The position numbers and the translations under genes were made by a program. The notes under the pieces were generated by a model. That model was not told where the DNA came from and did not search any database. It saw only the letters and a list, made by a program, of their open reading frames with translations. A DNA stretch of 64,000 nucleotides from an uncultured Nitrospiraceae bacterium. GTDB lineage: Bacteria; Nitrospirota; Thermodesulfovibrionia; Thermodesulfovibrionales; UBA6898. Shown here piece by piece: positions 30,268 to 41,092 of the stretch. Location of the stretch: contig CAWEQH010000010.1 of NCBI GenBank assembly GCA_963811165.1, positions 480,001 to 544,000 on the forward strand, given 5' to 3'. Within the stretch, counting starts at the first letter, position 1; each line of letters begins with the position of its first letter.

Positions 30268-31974
30268 TCACATGCCCCTTTCGGACTTCACATCCCTGAT
30301 CTTCTTTTCAACCCTCTCTTTCAACCCTTCTTCCTTCTCATGATACTCAAGTGACTTCCTCCAAAACTCCACGGCCTTTTCAGCATCACCCGTCGCGTAA
30401 TATACGTCTCCCACGTGCTCGAGCACGACAGGATCGTCCTTCGTCAATTCGACCGCTTTCTTTAATACTTCAAGCGACTTTTGAAGTTTCCCCTCTCTGA
30501 AGTAGATCCAGCCGAGACTGTCCATGATAAAACCGTTGTCGGGTTTGAGCTCAAGGGCGCGACTGACGAGAGATTCGGCCTCATCGAGGTTGATGTTTTT
30601 TTCAGCGAAGGAATACCCGAGATAATTCAATGCATCTGCATTTTTTGGATTTGTCTCGACCGCCTTCCTGAGGTAACTCACCATCTCGTCGAACCTCCCG
30701 GCCTTGTCCGAAAGAATCCCGAGATTGTAGTAAAAATCGTCATTTTTGCTGAACTTCGAAACCCCTTCCCTGAGCACCTTTTCGGCGTTCTGATAATCCT
30801 TCTTATGCATATACGCCGACGCAAGATAAAGATAGATATCGGGTTCGTCCTTTTCGAATTCCAGAATCTCTTCGTACATCTTTATCGCGTCGTCATCTCT
30901 CTTGAGTTTGGCATAGAGATAGGCCAGATGAAGAAAGGCGTTCGTATTCTTGGGCTCTCGCGATATGACTTCCTTCAGTTCTCCCACCGCCTCGTCATAG
31001 TGTTCCGTCTCCTCAAGCACGAGAGCGAGATAATAACGGACAGAACTAAGTTCCGGTTTGACCTTAAGGACAAACCGGAACTCGTCCAGCGCCCTTTCAT
31101 ATTCCTTTTCCTCAAAATAAAGCATGCCGAGTCTGAAATGCATGTCCACATTATCCGGTTGCTCCCTGCTGAGGGCCTCGAACTCTTCAATGGCCTTCCC
31201 ATAGGATTTCTGTTTCAGATATACCTGTGCGAGCCTTTCCCTGGCCTGACTGTTATGGGGGTTGAGGCCGAGCGCCTTCTCATAATTTTCAATCGCTTCG
31301 TCGAAGCGCTCCTTGATTTCGTTGATCAGGCCCATTTTGAAATAAGTCGTATCGAGGCCGGGCCTGACCTCGATAGTCTTCTTCAGATATTCTTCCGCCT
31401 TGTCGTATTCTTTCTTGTCTACATATAAAGAACTCAGGTAATCCAGCGACTGGTAATCATCCGGGTCTTTCTTGAGGAGGGAGGTGAATATATCGGCGGC
31501 TTCATCGGCCTGATCATTACTGTAGTAAAGCCTTCCCAAAAACCTGGCCGCATCCCGGTTATCGGGGTCTATCTTCAGTATCTTCTTGCAGACCGAGATC
31601 GCTTCGGGAATTCTTTTCTGCCCGCTGTAGATATCCGCAACCAACATCAAGGCGGGGACGTAATCCGGATTGTCCTTCACGACTTTTTCCACCGTTTCGA
31701 GCGCCCCGCCACGATCGCCTGAGCGATACAGCGTCACGCCCAGCTGCGTCCTTAAATAGGCAGACTTCGGGTCCTGTTCCAGGGCCTTCCGGTAATATCT
31801 GACGGCATCGTCAAACTGATACGAAAGGGCGGCCTCGTACCCGAGCATAAAATAGTAATCCGCCTCGTAGGAATGGGCTGGGGTCGTCTTTTCGGCCTCG
31901 GTCGGCCTCACCGGCCCGGCGGCGCAGGCCGACACAAGGACCAGGATTACTGCAATGATGATTCTGTTTCTCAC
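30268..31974 (-). CDS. Tetratricopeptide-repeat lipoprotein
   Basis: Lipobox VSAC, multiple TPRs, ALNYLGYS and DSLGW motifs. Confidence 0.92.
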   Translation of the reverse strand: MRNRIIIAVILVLVSACAAGPVRPTEAEKTTPAHSYEADYYFMLGYEAALSYQFDDAVRYYRKALEQDPKSAYLRTQLGVTLYRSGDRGGALETVEKVVKDNPDYVPALMLVADIYSGQKRIPEAISVCKKILKIDPDNRDAARFLGRLYYSNDQADEAADIFTSLLKKDPDDYQSLDYLSSLYVDKKEYDKAEEYLKKTIEVRPGLDTTYFKMGLINEIKERFDEAIENYEKALGLNPHNSQARERLAQVYLKQKSYGKAIEEFEALSREQPDNVDMHFRLGMLYFEEKEYERALDEFRFVLKVKPELSSVRYYLALVLEETEHYDEAVGELKEVISREPKNTNAFLHLAYLYAKLKRDDDAIKMYEEILEFEKDEPDIYLYLASAYMHKKDYQNAEKVLREGVSKFSKNDDFYYNLGILSDKAGRFDEMVSYLRKAVETNPKNADALNYLGYSFAEKNINLDEAESLVSRALELKPDNGFIMDSLGWIYFREGKLQKSLEVLKKAVELTKDDPVVLEHVGDVYYATGDAEKAVEFWRKSLEYHEKEEGLKERVEKKIRDVKSERGM

Positions 31975-32310
31975 GTGGTGTCCTATACTATTTTTTTCAT
32001 AATTTGCCGCCGCACTCTCTCAGCGGAGGACTTTATTATGACACAAAGATTTCATTTCCACAACGAACGGACACGACTAAAGGGCCGCCTGCAATGACGC
32101 CCTTACGTCTCTTTAGAAGGGGTGGTTCCCGGTTCGTAAAACTCCTGGGTAAGCCGGCCCGCCAGCCGGGACACCGGTCATGAGTAAATTCCGCCTCCGG
32201 GTGCCTCGCAGATATAATCCATCTTTTATCTCGTTGCATTATTTCTTCCGGGTGGTATATTGAGGTAAAGAGGACGGGTTTAGAAAGACAATATAAACGA
32301 GGAGGAATAT

Positions 32311-32847
32311 ATGGCGAAATGGAATATCGACCCTGATCACTCCGTTGCGGGCTTCACCATCAAACATATGATGGTCACAAACATCAGGGGGACGCTGACC
32401 GGCGTCACCGGCACAATACTTTTCGATCCAGCGGCAATCGAAAGCTCTTCTGTCGAGGCGTCGCTCCCGCTGGCAGGACTTTCGACCGGCAACAAAAAAC
32501 GTGAGGAGCATCTGATGTCCGCCGACTTTTTCGAATCCGCGCGCTTCCCGACAATAACCTTCAGAAGCACAAAGGTGGAAAAAACAGGGAACAATCGCGG
32601 TAAGATCACAGGGGACCTCACTATGCACGGAGTTACGCGCCCTGTCACTATGGAGGCGGAATACTTCGGCCCGGTGAAGAGTCCGTCGGAACTCGGGGGA
32701 GAGACGACCATGGGCTTCGCCGCATCACTAAAGATCAACCGGGAGGATTTCGGGATCATGTGGAATTTTCCCTTTGATAACGACAAACTGGTGGTGGGCA
32801 AAGACGTCGATATATCCCTGGACATCGAGGCGGATTTGGCGGAATAA
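32311..32847 (+). CDS. YceI-family protein
   Basis: WNIDPDHS, HLMSADFF..FPTITF, GDLTMHGVT, INREDFG. Confidence 0.93.
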   Translation: MAKWNIDPDHSVAGFTIKHMMVTNIRGTLTGVTGTILFDPAAIESSSVEASLPLAGLSTGNKKREEHLMSADFFESARFPTITFRSTKVEKTGNNRGKITGDLTMHGVTRPVTMEAEYFGPVKSPSELGGETTMGFAASLKINREDFGIMWNFPFDNDKLVVGKDVDISLDIEADLAE

Positions 32848-32901
32848 GCGGGGGACCTCTCTTCCGCCAGTCCCCTCTTTTAAGGGGGATATCCTTAGTC
32901 T

Positions 32902-33117
32902 TTAGTCATTGAGCCGGTAACCCAACTTTTCTATGCTCTCCCTGGAGATTTTCATGATATGCTCTTCCGTACATTTTGAATCGTCGATGTCGATCACAAT
33001 TTTTCCTCCTTCGGTATCGATGGAATTGACGCCGTCCATCTTTCCGATGAATCTTCGCAGGGCCAGGGAACACTCTTCACAGAATTCTTTTTGGACATTT
33101 AAAGAAAGTCTCTTCAT
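32902..33117 (-). CDS. Small HMA-like CxxC metal-binding protein
   Basis: FCEECS, GVNSI, IEKLGY ferredoxin-like pattern; SD AAGGAG. Confidence 0.7.
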   Translation of the reverse strand: MKRLSLNVQKEFCEECSLALRRFIGKMDGVNSIDTEGGKIVIDIDDSKCTEEHIMKISRESIEKLGYRLND

Positions 33118-33235
33118 CGTATTACTCCCTTCCTGGATACGTCGTACTTATCTCAAACATCAGAAATCCCGGTTTCTTGAGATGCTTGTTCTTGATAACA
33201 TCTGCCGACCCTGTCCTGTCAGGCATTCATAGCTC

Positions 33236-34555
33236 TTACGTTTTGGCCTTAGCCAGCCTGAAAAAATCGATGAGGAACATCGCCACACCGGCGGCGAATC
33301 CCCACGCCGATACCCAGAATACTGCGTACCACAGCTTCATGTATTCCTGAGTCGTGAGATAGTCCATGCCCAAGACCCTCTGGAAATAGGACTGGACGAT
33401 ACCGGCAATGGCAAGGGAGAGCGCCATCAATACCATGAAGGAGCACATGAACCAGAATGCCCTGATGCCAAGGGACTGTTTAAAGGTCGTGAGCTTTTTT
33501 ATTTGAGGCATAACAAAATATATCAAGGTGAGGTTCAGCATGGCGTAGGCGCCGAAGAACGCAAAGTGCCCGTGCGAAGCCGTTACCTGCGTACCGTGGG
33601 TCCATTGGTTGATCTGCGGGAGAGTATGGGCAAAGCCCCAGACGCCGGCGCCGAAGAAATGCATGACCGCACACCCTACGGCCCAGGACAGTGCCACCTT
33701 GTTCGTGATCTCCACCTTCCGCTCCCGCACCGAACGAAGTGTGTCGATGACCATAAAAAGAATGGGCAGCGGCTCAAGTGCGCTGAAGATTCCGCCCCAC
33801 CAGAGCCAGTATTTCGGCGTGCCAATCCAGTAGTAGTGATGGCCGGTGCCCACAATGCCCGTAAAAAGAACGAGGCCGATCTCGACATAGAGCCATTTTT
33901 CCACTAATGACCGGTCCACGCCGGTCAGTTTCATAAGCATGAAGGCCATGATGGCGCCCGTGACCAGTTCCCACGCCCCTTCCACCCAAAGATGGATCAC
34001 CCACCACCACCAGAAGTACTGGGTCGCGAGGTTCTTCATGAAGAACACGCCGAAGAGGAACATGCCCGCAAGCATCACGAGGCCCCCCAAAAGCACACCT
34101 TGGATCACGGTCCAGTTCTTCGTCTTCATCATTGTCATGAAAACGTTAAAGAGGAAGACGAGCGCCACAAGGACAATTCCCAATTTTAGAACCGTGGGCT
34201 GTTCCAGAAACGGCATGCCCCAGGTCCAGCCAAGGATATAGCCGATAATGGCCGTCACGCCGATGAGCGCAAACAGGATGAGCTGGAAGTTTGCCAGTTT
34301 TTTGCTATAGATCTCGGTCTGCGCCTCTTCCGGTACAAGGTAGTACGTCCCGCCCATGAAGCCAAATAGCAGCCATACCACCAGAAGATTTATGTGGATG
34401 GCCCGCGCAGTGTTAAACGGCAGGATGCTGATAAGGGGATCGAGGTCCCATACGTACTTGGCGCCCACGATCAGGCCGAAGACGATCTGCAGCCCAAAGA
34501 GCAGTGCCGCAACGATAAAGTAATGTATCGCTATCTTCTGTGACTCGTATTTCAT
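33236..34555 (-). CDS. norB: Nitric oxide reductase large subunit (cNOR type)
   Basis: HLWVEGAWE, GTGHHYYWIG, SALEP, HGTQVTASHGH. Confidence 0.95.
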   Translation of the reverse strand: MKYESQKIAIHYFIVAALLFGLQIVFGLIVGAKYVWDLDPLISILPFNTARAIHINLLVVWLLFGFMGGTYYLVPEEAQTEIYSKKLANFQLILFALIGVTAIIGYILGWTWGMPFLEQPTVLKLGIVLVALVFLFNVFMTMMKTKNWTVIQGVLLGGLVMLAGMFLFGVFFMKNLATQYFWWWWVIHLWVEGAWELVTGAIMAFMLMKLTGVDRSLVEKWLYVEIGLVLFTGIVGTGHHYYWIGTPKYWLWWGGIFSALEPLPILFMVIDTLRSVRERKVEITNKVALSWAVGCAVMHFFGAGVWGFAHTLPQINQWTHGTQVTASHGHFAFFGAYAMLNLTLIYFVMPQIKKLTTFKQSLGIRAFWFMCSFMVLMALSLAIAGIVQSYFQRVLGMDYLTTQEYMKLWYAVFWVSAWGFAAGVAMFLIDFFRLAKAKT

Positions 34556-34566
34556 TTCATTCCTCC

Positions 34567-35238
34567 TTATCGCAACCCCGCGAGATAGTGCACAAGGTCT
34601 TCAATGTCCTTACCGGAAAGCTTCGTAAAGCTCGGCATGATGGACTGAGGGTTGTGCGATTTCGGATTCCTGAGCTGCTCCTCGATCCATTCCGGGTCAT
34701 GAATCTTCCCCACGTGGGACAGGTCCGGTCCTACCTTGCCGCCGACACCGGCGATGCTGTGGCATGCGGAGCACCCCTGGGCCTTATAGACCGCTTCGCC
34801 CGGAGTGACGGAAGTCACTGCAGACGCCACCATGGGTTTCGGGGGCCAGTTGTTCGTATCGATTCCGTTTACCCAAGTCAGAAAAGCCACAAGATCGGCG
34901 ATCTCTTGGTCCGTAAGCTGGAGATTGGGCATCTTCCGCGCATTCGGCCATACTTTTTCCGGGTCCTTCAAAAATCGCCTCACCCATTCGCTTTCCCGGG
35001 TGTTCATGACCTTCGTTACATCCGGGGCGTAATAGCCCCCAATGCCGAGGATCGTATGGCAGTCGTTACAGTTATGCTTCTGCCATACCCACTTACCGTC
35101 AGCAACGTGGACATCCAGTTTTGCTTCCTTCGTTCTTTTCGGCATCTGGACCAGAGAGTCATAAGTGAGAAAAAGGAAGATCACGGCAGAAATCGCCGTA
35201 CCCAAGATGAAAATTGCCTTTCCTTGCGACAGCGTCAT
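34567..35238 (-). CDS. norC: Nitric oxide reductase cytochrome c subunit with a second heme c domain
   Basis: TM anchor; CNDCHTILGIGGYYAPD, RKMPN, NNWPP; second motif CSACH..GPDL..IMP. Confidence 0.88.
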   Translation of the reverse strand: MTLSQGKAIFILGTAISAVIFLFLTYDSLVQMPKRTKEAKLDVHVADGKWVWQKHNCNDCHTILGIGGYYAPDVTKVMNTRESEWVRRFLKDPEKVWPNARKMPNLQLTDQEIADLVAFLTWVNGIDTNNWPPKPMVASAVTSVTPGEAVYKAQGCSACHSIAGVGGKVGPDLSHVGKIHDPEWIEEQLRNPKSHNPQSIMPSFTKLSGKDIEDLVHYLAGLR

Positions 35239-35410
35239 AGTTCCTCCCTTTTTGTTAAGTAAGGTTGCTCATTTGAAAGACACACAGGGTCGCCAAAGTG
35301 AACATTATGGAATATTTCATTTACGTACCCTTCAGCATGTGATTACGTAAAAAAGGTTGACGCAGGGAATAAATCAAGTCTACCAAATTTCATTTGATTG
35401 TCAAGGAATT

Positions 35411-35436
35411 GGTCTTGCGGTCTTGCGGTCTTGCGG
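35411..35436. repeat. Tandem 8-mer repeat (GGTCTTGC)x3
   Basis: ggtcttgc ggtcttgc ggtcttgc gg read directly. Confidence 0.85.
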
Positions 35437-35708
35437 CGCTTTGCTTTCAAGATGCCGGAGAGAACCGGGGTTGATCAGGTCCAATATCTCTTAGCTGCCT
35501 GCAAAGTCCCGGAAGCTTTTTCCGATGTGCTTCCCCGGCCGCTGATTCGATAAATACGGCCTTTTCAGCATTGACAAAAGAGTTATTAGTGATAAGTTTT
35601 AACATATACGTACGTGCGGTTTTTTTCACTATGAGCCCGGGGAAACGAAGGGATCTATGGAGGGAACGGAGATACAATCTTTGTCTGTGAAGGAGGAGAA
35701 GGTAGCCG

Positions 35709-36104
35709 GTGGTAAAGACAAAAAGGATATATGATCCGGCGTCGCCGGACGACGGCAGGAGAATCCTCATCGACCGCCTATGGCCGAGAGGAATCAAAAA
35801 AGAAGAGGCGAAAATCGATGAGTGGCTGAGAGATGTCGCTCCGAGTGCCGAACTCCGCAAATGGTTTTCCCATGACCCTGAAAAATGGCAGGAATTCAGA
35901 AAACGCTATAAAAGAGAATTAAAGGATAAGTCAGAGCTGGTAAGAACGCTTAGGGCAAAAGCGAAGAAAGGAACTATTACCCTCCTTTTTGCATCGAAAG
36001 ACACCGAGCATGTCAATGCAACAGTGCTGAAGGAGGTACTCGATGGGTCCCCGGCAACAGAAACCAAAAGAAGATTACACAACAGGAATAAGACGGAGGG
36101 TTAA
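35709..36104 (+). CDS. DUF488/YeaO-family protein
   Basis: [29 protein letters not shown]. Confidence 0.92.
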   Translation: MVKTKRIYDPASPDDGRRILIDRLWPRGIKKEEAKIDEWLRDVAPSAELRKWFSHDPEKWQEFRKRYKRELKDKSELVRTLRAKAKKGTITLLFASKDTEHVNATVLKEVLDGSPATETKRRLHNRNKTEG

Positions 36105-36105
36105 C

Positions 36106-37491
36106 TTGGCAGTTACCAATTCTGACGCATTTGTTTTCTTCGGCGCGACCGGGGATCTGGCATATAAGCAGATATTCCCTGCGCTTCAGGCGATGATCCG
36201 GAGCGGCTACCTGGATGCTCCTGTCATCGGTGTGGCTAAAGCAGGATGGGATTTTGACAAATTCAAAGAACATGCCAGGGATAGTCTCGAAAAACATGGG
36301 GGTGTAAATGAGAAGGCCTTTGCAAAGCTATGCGCGTTGTTAACCTATATTGACGGCGATTACCGCGATGCCGCGACATATGAGACGTTGCGCCGTGCGC
36401 TTGGGGGGTCCACGCGGCCCTTGCACTACCTTGCGATCCCTCCAAGCATGTTCGCCACCGTGGTCGAAGGACTCGCCAAGTCCGGCTGCGCGCAAAACGC
36501 CCGCGTGGTTGTCGAGAAGCCCTTCGGGCGCGACCTCGCCTCTGCCGGTGAGTTAAACAGAATCCTCACCTCGGCATTTCCCGAACCGGCAATCTTTCGC
36601 ATAGACCACTTCCTGGGTAAGGAGCCGGTGCAGAACCTTCTCTATTTCCGTTTTGCCAACTCTTTTTTGGAGCCCATCTGGAATCGTAACTACGTCGAAA
36701 GCGTGCAGATTACCCTGTGCGAAAATTTCGGCGTGGAAGGTCGCGGACGTCTGTATGAAGAACTAGGCGCAATTCGCGACGTTATGCAAAACCACATGCT
36801 GCAGGTCATGGTCCTGCTCGCTATTGATGCCCCACCCAGCGGCGATCCGGAAGCGATACGCGACGAAAAGATGCAGGTCTTCAGGGCCATACGGTCACTG
36901 GGTCCCGGGGATATCGTGCGGGGCCAATACCGCGGCTACCGTCAGGAGAAGGACGTTGACTCCCGCTCGCAGGTTGAAACGTTCGCCGCGGTGCGGCTCC
37001 ATATCGATACCTGGCGCTGGGCAGGCGTGCCGTTTTACATCCGGGTGGGTAAGCGGCTGCCCTTTACGGCCAACGAAGTCTTGGTTACGCTCAAGCGCCC
37101 CCCGCAGACGATCTTTGATGAGATCGGGCATTTCCAGGCAAACTATTTCCATTTCCGCCTCAGTCCCGATGTATGTATCTCTTTGGGCGCGCGGACCAAA
37201 GTGCCCGGAGAATCCATGGTCGGCCAGGAGATAGAGCTATTTGCGTGTCAAAACTTCGTCGAGGAGATGTCCCCCTATGAGCGTCTTCTTAGCGATGCCA
37301 TGAAGGGTGACGCGTCCCTTTTTGCCCGCAGAGACGCTGTCGAAGCAGCGTGGCGCGTTATAGACCCTATCCTGGAAAACGTGATCCCGCTTTATGAGTA
37401 CGAACCGAACACCTGGGGACCGCCGGAGGCAGAAAGACTTATTACGGGCGATGGGGGTTGGCACAATCCAAATCCGGAAGAAACACGCTAG
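36106..37491 (+). CDS. zwf: Glucose-6-phosphate 1-dehydrogenase
   Basis: [39 protein letters not shown] start at 36106 follows GGAGG. Confidence 0.95.
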   Translation: MAVTNSDAFVFFGATGDLAYKQIFPALQAMIRSGYLDAPVIGVAKAGWDFDKFKEHARDSLEKHGGVNEKAFAKLCALLTYIDGDYRDAATYETLRRALGGSTRPLHYLAIPPSMFATVVEGLAKSGCAQNARVVVEKPFGRDLASAGELNRILTSAFPEPAIFRIDHFLGKEPVQNLLYFRFANSFLEPIWNRNYVESVQITLCENFGVEGRGRLYEELGAIRDVMQNHMLQVMVLLAIDAPPSGDPEAIRDEKMQVFRAIRSLGPGDIVRGQYRGYRQEKDVDSRSQVETFAAVRLHIDTWRWAGVPFYIRVGKRLPFTANEVLVTLKRPPQTIFDEIGHFQANYFHFRLSPDVCISLGARTKVPGESMVGQEIELFACQNFVEEMSPYERLLSDAMKGDASLFARRDAVEAAWRVIDPILENVIPLYEYEPNTWGPPEAERLITGDGGWHNPNPEETR

Positions 37492-37634
37492 TGACATCAC
37501 CAGGCGGCGCCACTCGCTGCTGAGCGTGTGCGAAGGTCGTCGCCGTGGGAGGAATTTTTATTTGGGTTGCAGCACGGAACCGTTATAAAATACTTCGCAT
37601 TGACCGCCTTCGACAAAGCGTTTTACCTTCTATA

Positions 37635-38204
37635 TCAGCGCCTGCTTAGCAGCGGAGCAGTGAAGAAGTTGTAGATCGCCGCCGCAATTATCTTCTTATT
37701 GGTCCTTGCGTGGATATCGAGCACCCTTTCGAATACCAGGGCGATCTTTTCGGAGCTCAGAACGCCATTGTCAAAAATCGTCTGCATTATTCCACCGCTT
37801 AGCTCCACCGTTATCCTCATGACGTCAAATTGCCCTTCCCCGTCGATCCCCAGCGCCTTGTAGAAGTCGTCTTCGTGGTGGTTGAAACCGTGAGTAGTTG
37901 AGAAATCACTTCTCTTTGTCATCACGTGATGATAATAGTCCGAGGGGTCATTCGCCAGGTGGTCCAGTACTTCGCCCAGACACCGCGCCTTTTTACGAAC
38001 ATCTCCTTCGGCCTCCAGGGCGGTCAGGATATATTCAACCCCTTTCGACCGGGGTGCGATTCCGATATGGGACATAAGGATCGTACAGAGCGACCTTGAA
38101 TCTTCTTCGAGCGGAGAGTTTAAGCCCGCATACCATGCCTCTCCTCCGGGGTCCTTGTTCTCCCTTCTGTCCTGTATGTCCGGTTTTCTCTCTTCAGGGT
38201 CCAT
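37635..38204 (-). CDS. Hypothetical protein
   Basis: Long ORF; ATG at 38204 preceded by AAGGAGG. Confidence 0.6.
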   Translation of the reverse strand: MDPEERKPDIQDRRENKDPGGEAWYAGLNSPLEEDSRSLCTILMSHIGIAPRSKGVEYILTALEAEGDVRKKARCLGEVLDHLANDPSDYYHHVMTKRSDFSTTHGFNHHEDDFYKALGIDGEGQFDVMRITVELSGGIMQTIFDNGVLSSEKIALVFERVLDIHARTNKKIIAAAIYNFFTAPLLSRR

Positions 38205-38341
38205 CGTTTCCTCCTTTGATTCCGATACAGCCGCAGGTACTACAAACATCTTTCCTGGTTTTATGTTACCCCCGGGACCGGATATTTTAAACTGCCGAGG
38301 CAAGATGAGAAGGTCTTTATCGGTTCCCTGAGTCCCTGCAT

Positions 38342-39154
38342 TCAGCTTTTTAGAGCCCCAAAAATCGTTGCGATGCCGAATGTCATCGAATGCACATTCA
38401 CGTCTGTAAAACCGCAGTTCCCCAAAGTGCCCGCGAATGTTTCAGATGAGGGAAAGGCGCTGATCGACATGGGCAGATAATTATATGGTACCGCCGTCTT
38501 GAGTATCTTCATCGCGATAAAGGGCATAACCCTGAAACAATACACCTTATAAAGCGGTTTGACCCAACGGTTCTTTGGAGGGGTGAGTTCAAGACAACAG
38601 AATCTCCCGCCCGGCTTAAGGACCCTGAAGGCCTCATGCAGGGCAGCGGCCGTATCCGGGATATTTCTCATCCCGAAAGAAACTGTCACCGCGTCAAAGG
38701 AGTTATCCGGAAAGTTAAGCTTTTTTGCGTCTGAAAGGGAAAAGCTAAGGTTCGACAAGCCGGGACTAAGCTTCCTTGCCGCCTCGCCGAGCATTTCCTT
38801 ACTGAAGTCTACGCCATGGACCGATCCCTGTTCGCCCACCCTTTTCGACAGTAAGAAGGCCAATTTACCGGTACCCGTACATACATCGAGGACCTTCTCC
38901 CCCCCCTTTAGCCTAAGCAGTGAAACAAGCCTCCGCCGCCATCCCTGGTCAAGACCGAAACTGAAAAATGAGCTCAAAAAATCAATATCCGACGCTATGA
39001 TTGCGAATATGGCCTTTATGAAAGTGTCCCTGTCACTTTGCGTAGTATTATTTGCCGGTCTGCCGTCACCCACCCTCTTCATTTCTCCCGAGGCATACGG
39101 ATTTAGATATCCTTCACTATTTCGTTGATCCAGAGGATCATCATTTGTCGCCAT
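38342..39154 (-). CDS. UbiE/MenG-family C-methyltransferase
   Basis: VLDVCTGTG, FPDNSFDAVTVSFGMRN, RVLKPGG. Confidence 0.9.
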   Translation of the reverse strand: MATNDDPLDQRNSEGYLNPYASGEMKRVGDGRPANNTTQSDRDTFIKAIFAIIASDIDFLSSFFSFGLDQGWRRRLVSLLRLKGGEKVLDVCTGTGKLAFLLSKRVGEQGSVHGVDFSKEMLGEAARKLSPGLSNLSFSLSDAKKLNFPDNSFDAVTVSFGMRNIPDTAAALHEAFRVLKPGGRFCCLELTPPKNRWVKPLYKVYCFRVMPFIAMKILKTAVPYNYLPMSISAFPSSETFAGTLGNCGFTDVNVHSMTFGIATIFGALKS

Positions 39155-39346
39155 AGCCTAACATCATCCCTCAACTTATGTTATTAATCTATTAACCATA
39201 CGCTTAGCCCATTATATATCAGATATTTGGGCCCGCAAAGTCGCACCGGAAGAAAAAAGCGCTCGCTCTTCCCATTCCTTTTTGAACAGAACCCCGGCAG
39301 TGTGTATGACCCCCAACAGAAAAGGGTTATACTTGATATAATTGCC

Positions 39347-40600
39347 ATGCGTATTGATAGATTCTTCGGAAAACACTCACCGAAACTGGGCGGGCTCGAT
39401 GTCCTCAAGTTCGTCGGGCCCGGATTTCTGGTGACGGTTGGGTTCATCGACCCCGGCAACTGGGCCACGAACGTCGCGGCCGGCTCCTCCTACGGATATG
39501 GTCTCCTCTGGGTCGTGACACTATCCACTGTTATGCTTATCATACTGCAGCATAATGCCGCCCACCTGGGGATAGTCACCGGACTCTGTCTCGCCGAATC
39601 GTCCACAAAATTCTTCAGCGGGCCGGTAAGCAAACTCTTTCTTTCAAGCGCCCTGATCGCAACTATTTCGACCGCACTGGCGGAGGTCCTGGGCGCGGCA
39701 ATAGGACTCAACATGCTCTTTAAGATCCCGATCCAAACCGGCGCTCTCATAACCTCCGTGGCCGCCGGGTATCTATTGTTCTCCAACAGCTACAGAAAAC
39801 TCGAACGATGGATCATAGCCATCGTCTCGATCATCGGGTTTTCATTCCTCTTCGAATTGAGTCTCGTCCACATCGGATGGACAGACGCGGCGAAAGGATG
39901 GACAGTGCCGGCGATCCCCTCACACTCGCTTCCCATTGTACTGAGCGTACTTGGGGCAGTAGTCATGCCGCACAATCTCTTCCTGCATTCCGAAATCATT
40001 CAGTCCAGGCAGCTGCACATCCAGGGTGAAGAGGCGATACGCGCACAACTGAAATATGAATTTACCGATACGCTTTTTGCGATGCTTATAGGATGGGCCA
40101 TAAACAGCGCCATTATTATCATGGCCGCATCCGTTTTCTATTCCCGCGGGACCGCTGTTACAGACCTCGCGCAGGCGGATGCAACGCTGAAACCCCTTCT
40201 TGGAAATGCAGCCGGAATCGTCTTCGGCTCTGCCCTTATCCTTGCCGGGTTCTCCTCTTCGGTCACCGCCGCCATGGCCGGCGGAAGCATTTTCGCCGGG
40301 ATATTCGGCGAGCCTTTCGACATCTCCGACACCCACTCCAAAACCGGAGCCGCCGTAACACTGACCGGGGCAGTGATTGCAGTTTTCCTTCTCAAGGACC
40401 TTTTTCAGGGTCTCATCTGGAGCCAGATCGTTTTAAGCATCCAGCTGCCGTGGTCGATCTTCTCCTTAGTGGCCCTCACCTCCTCCTCAAAGGTGATGGG
40501 AAAATTCTCGAATTCCTTCCGGGACAATATTTTTTTATGGTCTACTGCGGCCGTCGTCTCGGTTTTAAACGTCATGCTTTTTCTCAGCATGCTTCGGTGA
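39347..40600 (+). CDS. mntH: NRAMP-family divalent metal transporter
   Basis: GPGFLVTVGFIDPGN, VMPHNLFLHS. Confidence 0.9.
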   Translation: MRIDRFFGKHSPKLGGLDVLKFVGPGFLVTVGFIDPGNWATNVAAGSSYGYGLLWVVTLSTVMLIILQHNAAHLGIVTGLCLAESSTKFFSGPVSKLFLSSALIATISTALAEVLGAAIGLNMLFKIPIQTGALITSVAAGYLLFSNSYRKLERWIIAIVSIIGFSFLFELSLVHIGWTDAAKGWTVPAIPSHSLPIVLSVLGAVVMPHNLFLHSEIIQSRQLHIQGEEAIRAQLKYEFTDTLFAMLIGWAINSAIIIMAASVFYSRGTAVTDLAQADATLKPLLGNAAGIVFGSALILAGFSSSVTAAMAGGSIFAGIFGEPFDISDTHSKTGAAVTLTGAVIAVFLLKDLFQGLIWSQIVLSIQLPWSIFSLVALTSSSKVMGKFSNSFRDNIFLWSTAAVVSVLNVMLFLSMLR

Positions 40601-40734
40601 AGACCTTCTTTAGCCGTGACGGAGCGAGTTATACACAAAGTGCCTTACGATAAAGATTTGCGGAGTCGTGAAAGAGTGGCAGCGGGACCGCTTCTACGGT
40701 CTTCGTTTCCCCTTTTTTGCAAGGGGCCGACGTC

Positions 40735-40926
40735 TCATCCTGATTTTTCTCGGTCTTCATCAGCAAAGAAATGCATGAGAAATTCCCCGTCCTTGGGGGG
40801 AAGATCAAACTTCAGACAGGCCTTTTCAATCAACGTAAAAAGTGCTGCTCCGGGATTATCGACACGCTCATCCGATATCCACTTGATCGCCTTTCTCAGT
40901 TGTTCACCCTCGGGGACAATACTCAT
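40735..40926 (-). CDS. Small hypothetical protein
   Basis: 63-aa ORF with purine-rich upstream region; PEGEQLRKAIKWIS...KFDLPP. Confidence 0.7.
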   Translation of the reverse strand: MSIVPEGEQLRKAIKWISDERVDNPGAALFTLIEKACLKFDLPPKDGEFLMHFFADEDREKSG

Positions 40927-41092
40927 TATATTTTCCCTTCCACCAATTTAATTGCCTACCCCGCATAAATGCAGCTTGTAATGTACAACATTTCCGCAAT
41001 TTTTGGAACTCACGTCTTCCCCATGAGATAAAAACAGGGGTAAAGAAGGCGGTCAAATCCGTTTTGCCTGACTGCTCCGGGACCTCGCCCTG

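Noticed and set aside
32090..32215. GC-rich imperfect hairpins suggesting 6S or SRP RNA
   Set aside because: No SRP domain IV motif or 6S central-bubble architecture recognisable.
35340..35410. FNR/DNR box upstream of norC
   Set aside because: TTGA and TCAA half-sites are present but not with the TTGAT-N4-ATCAA spacing.
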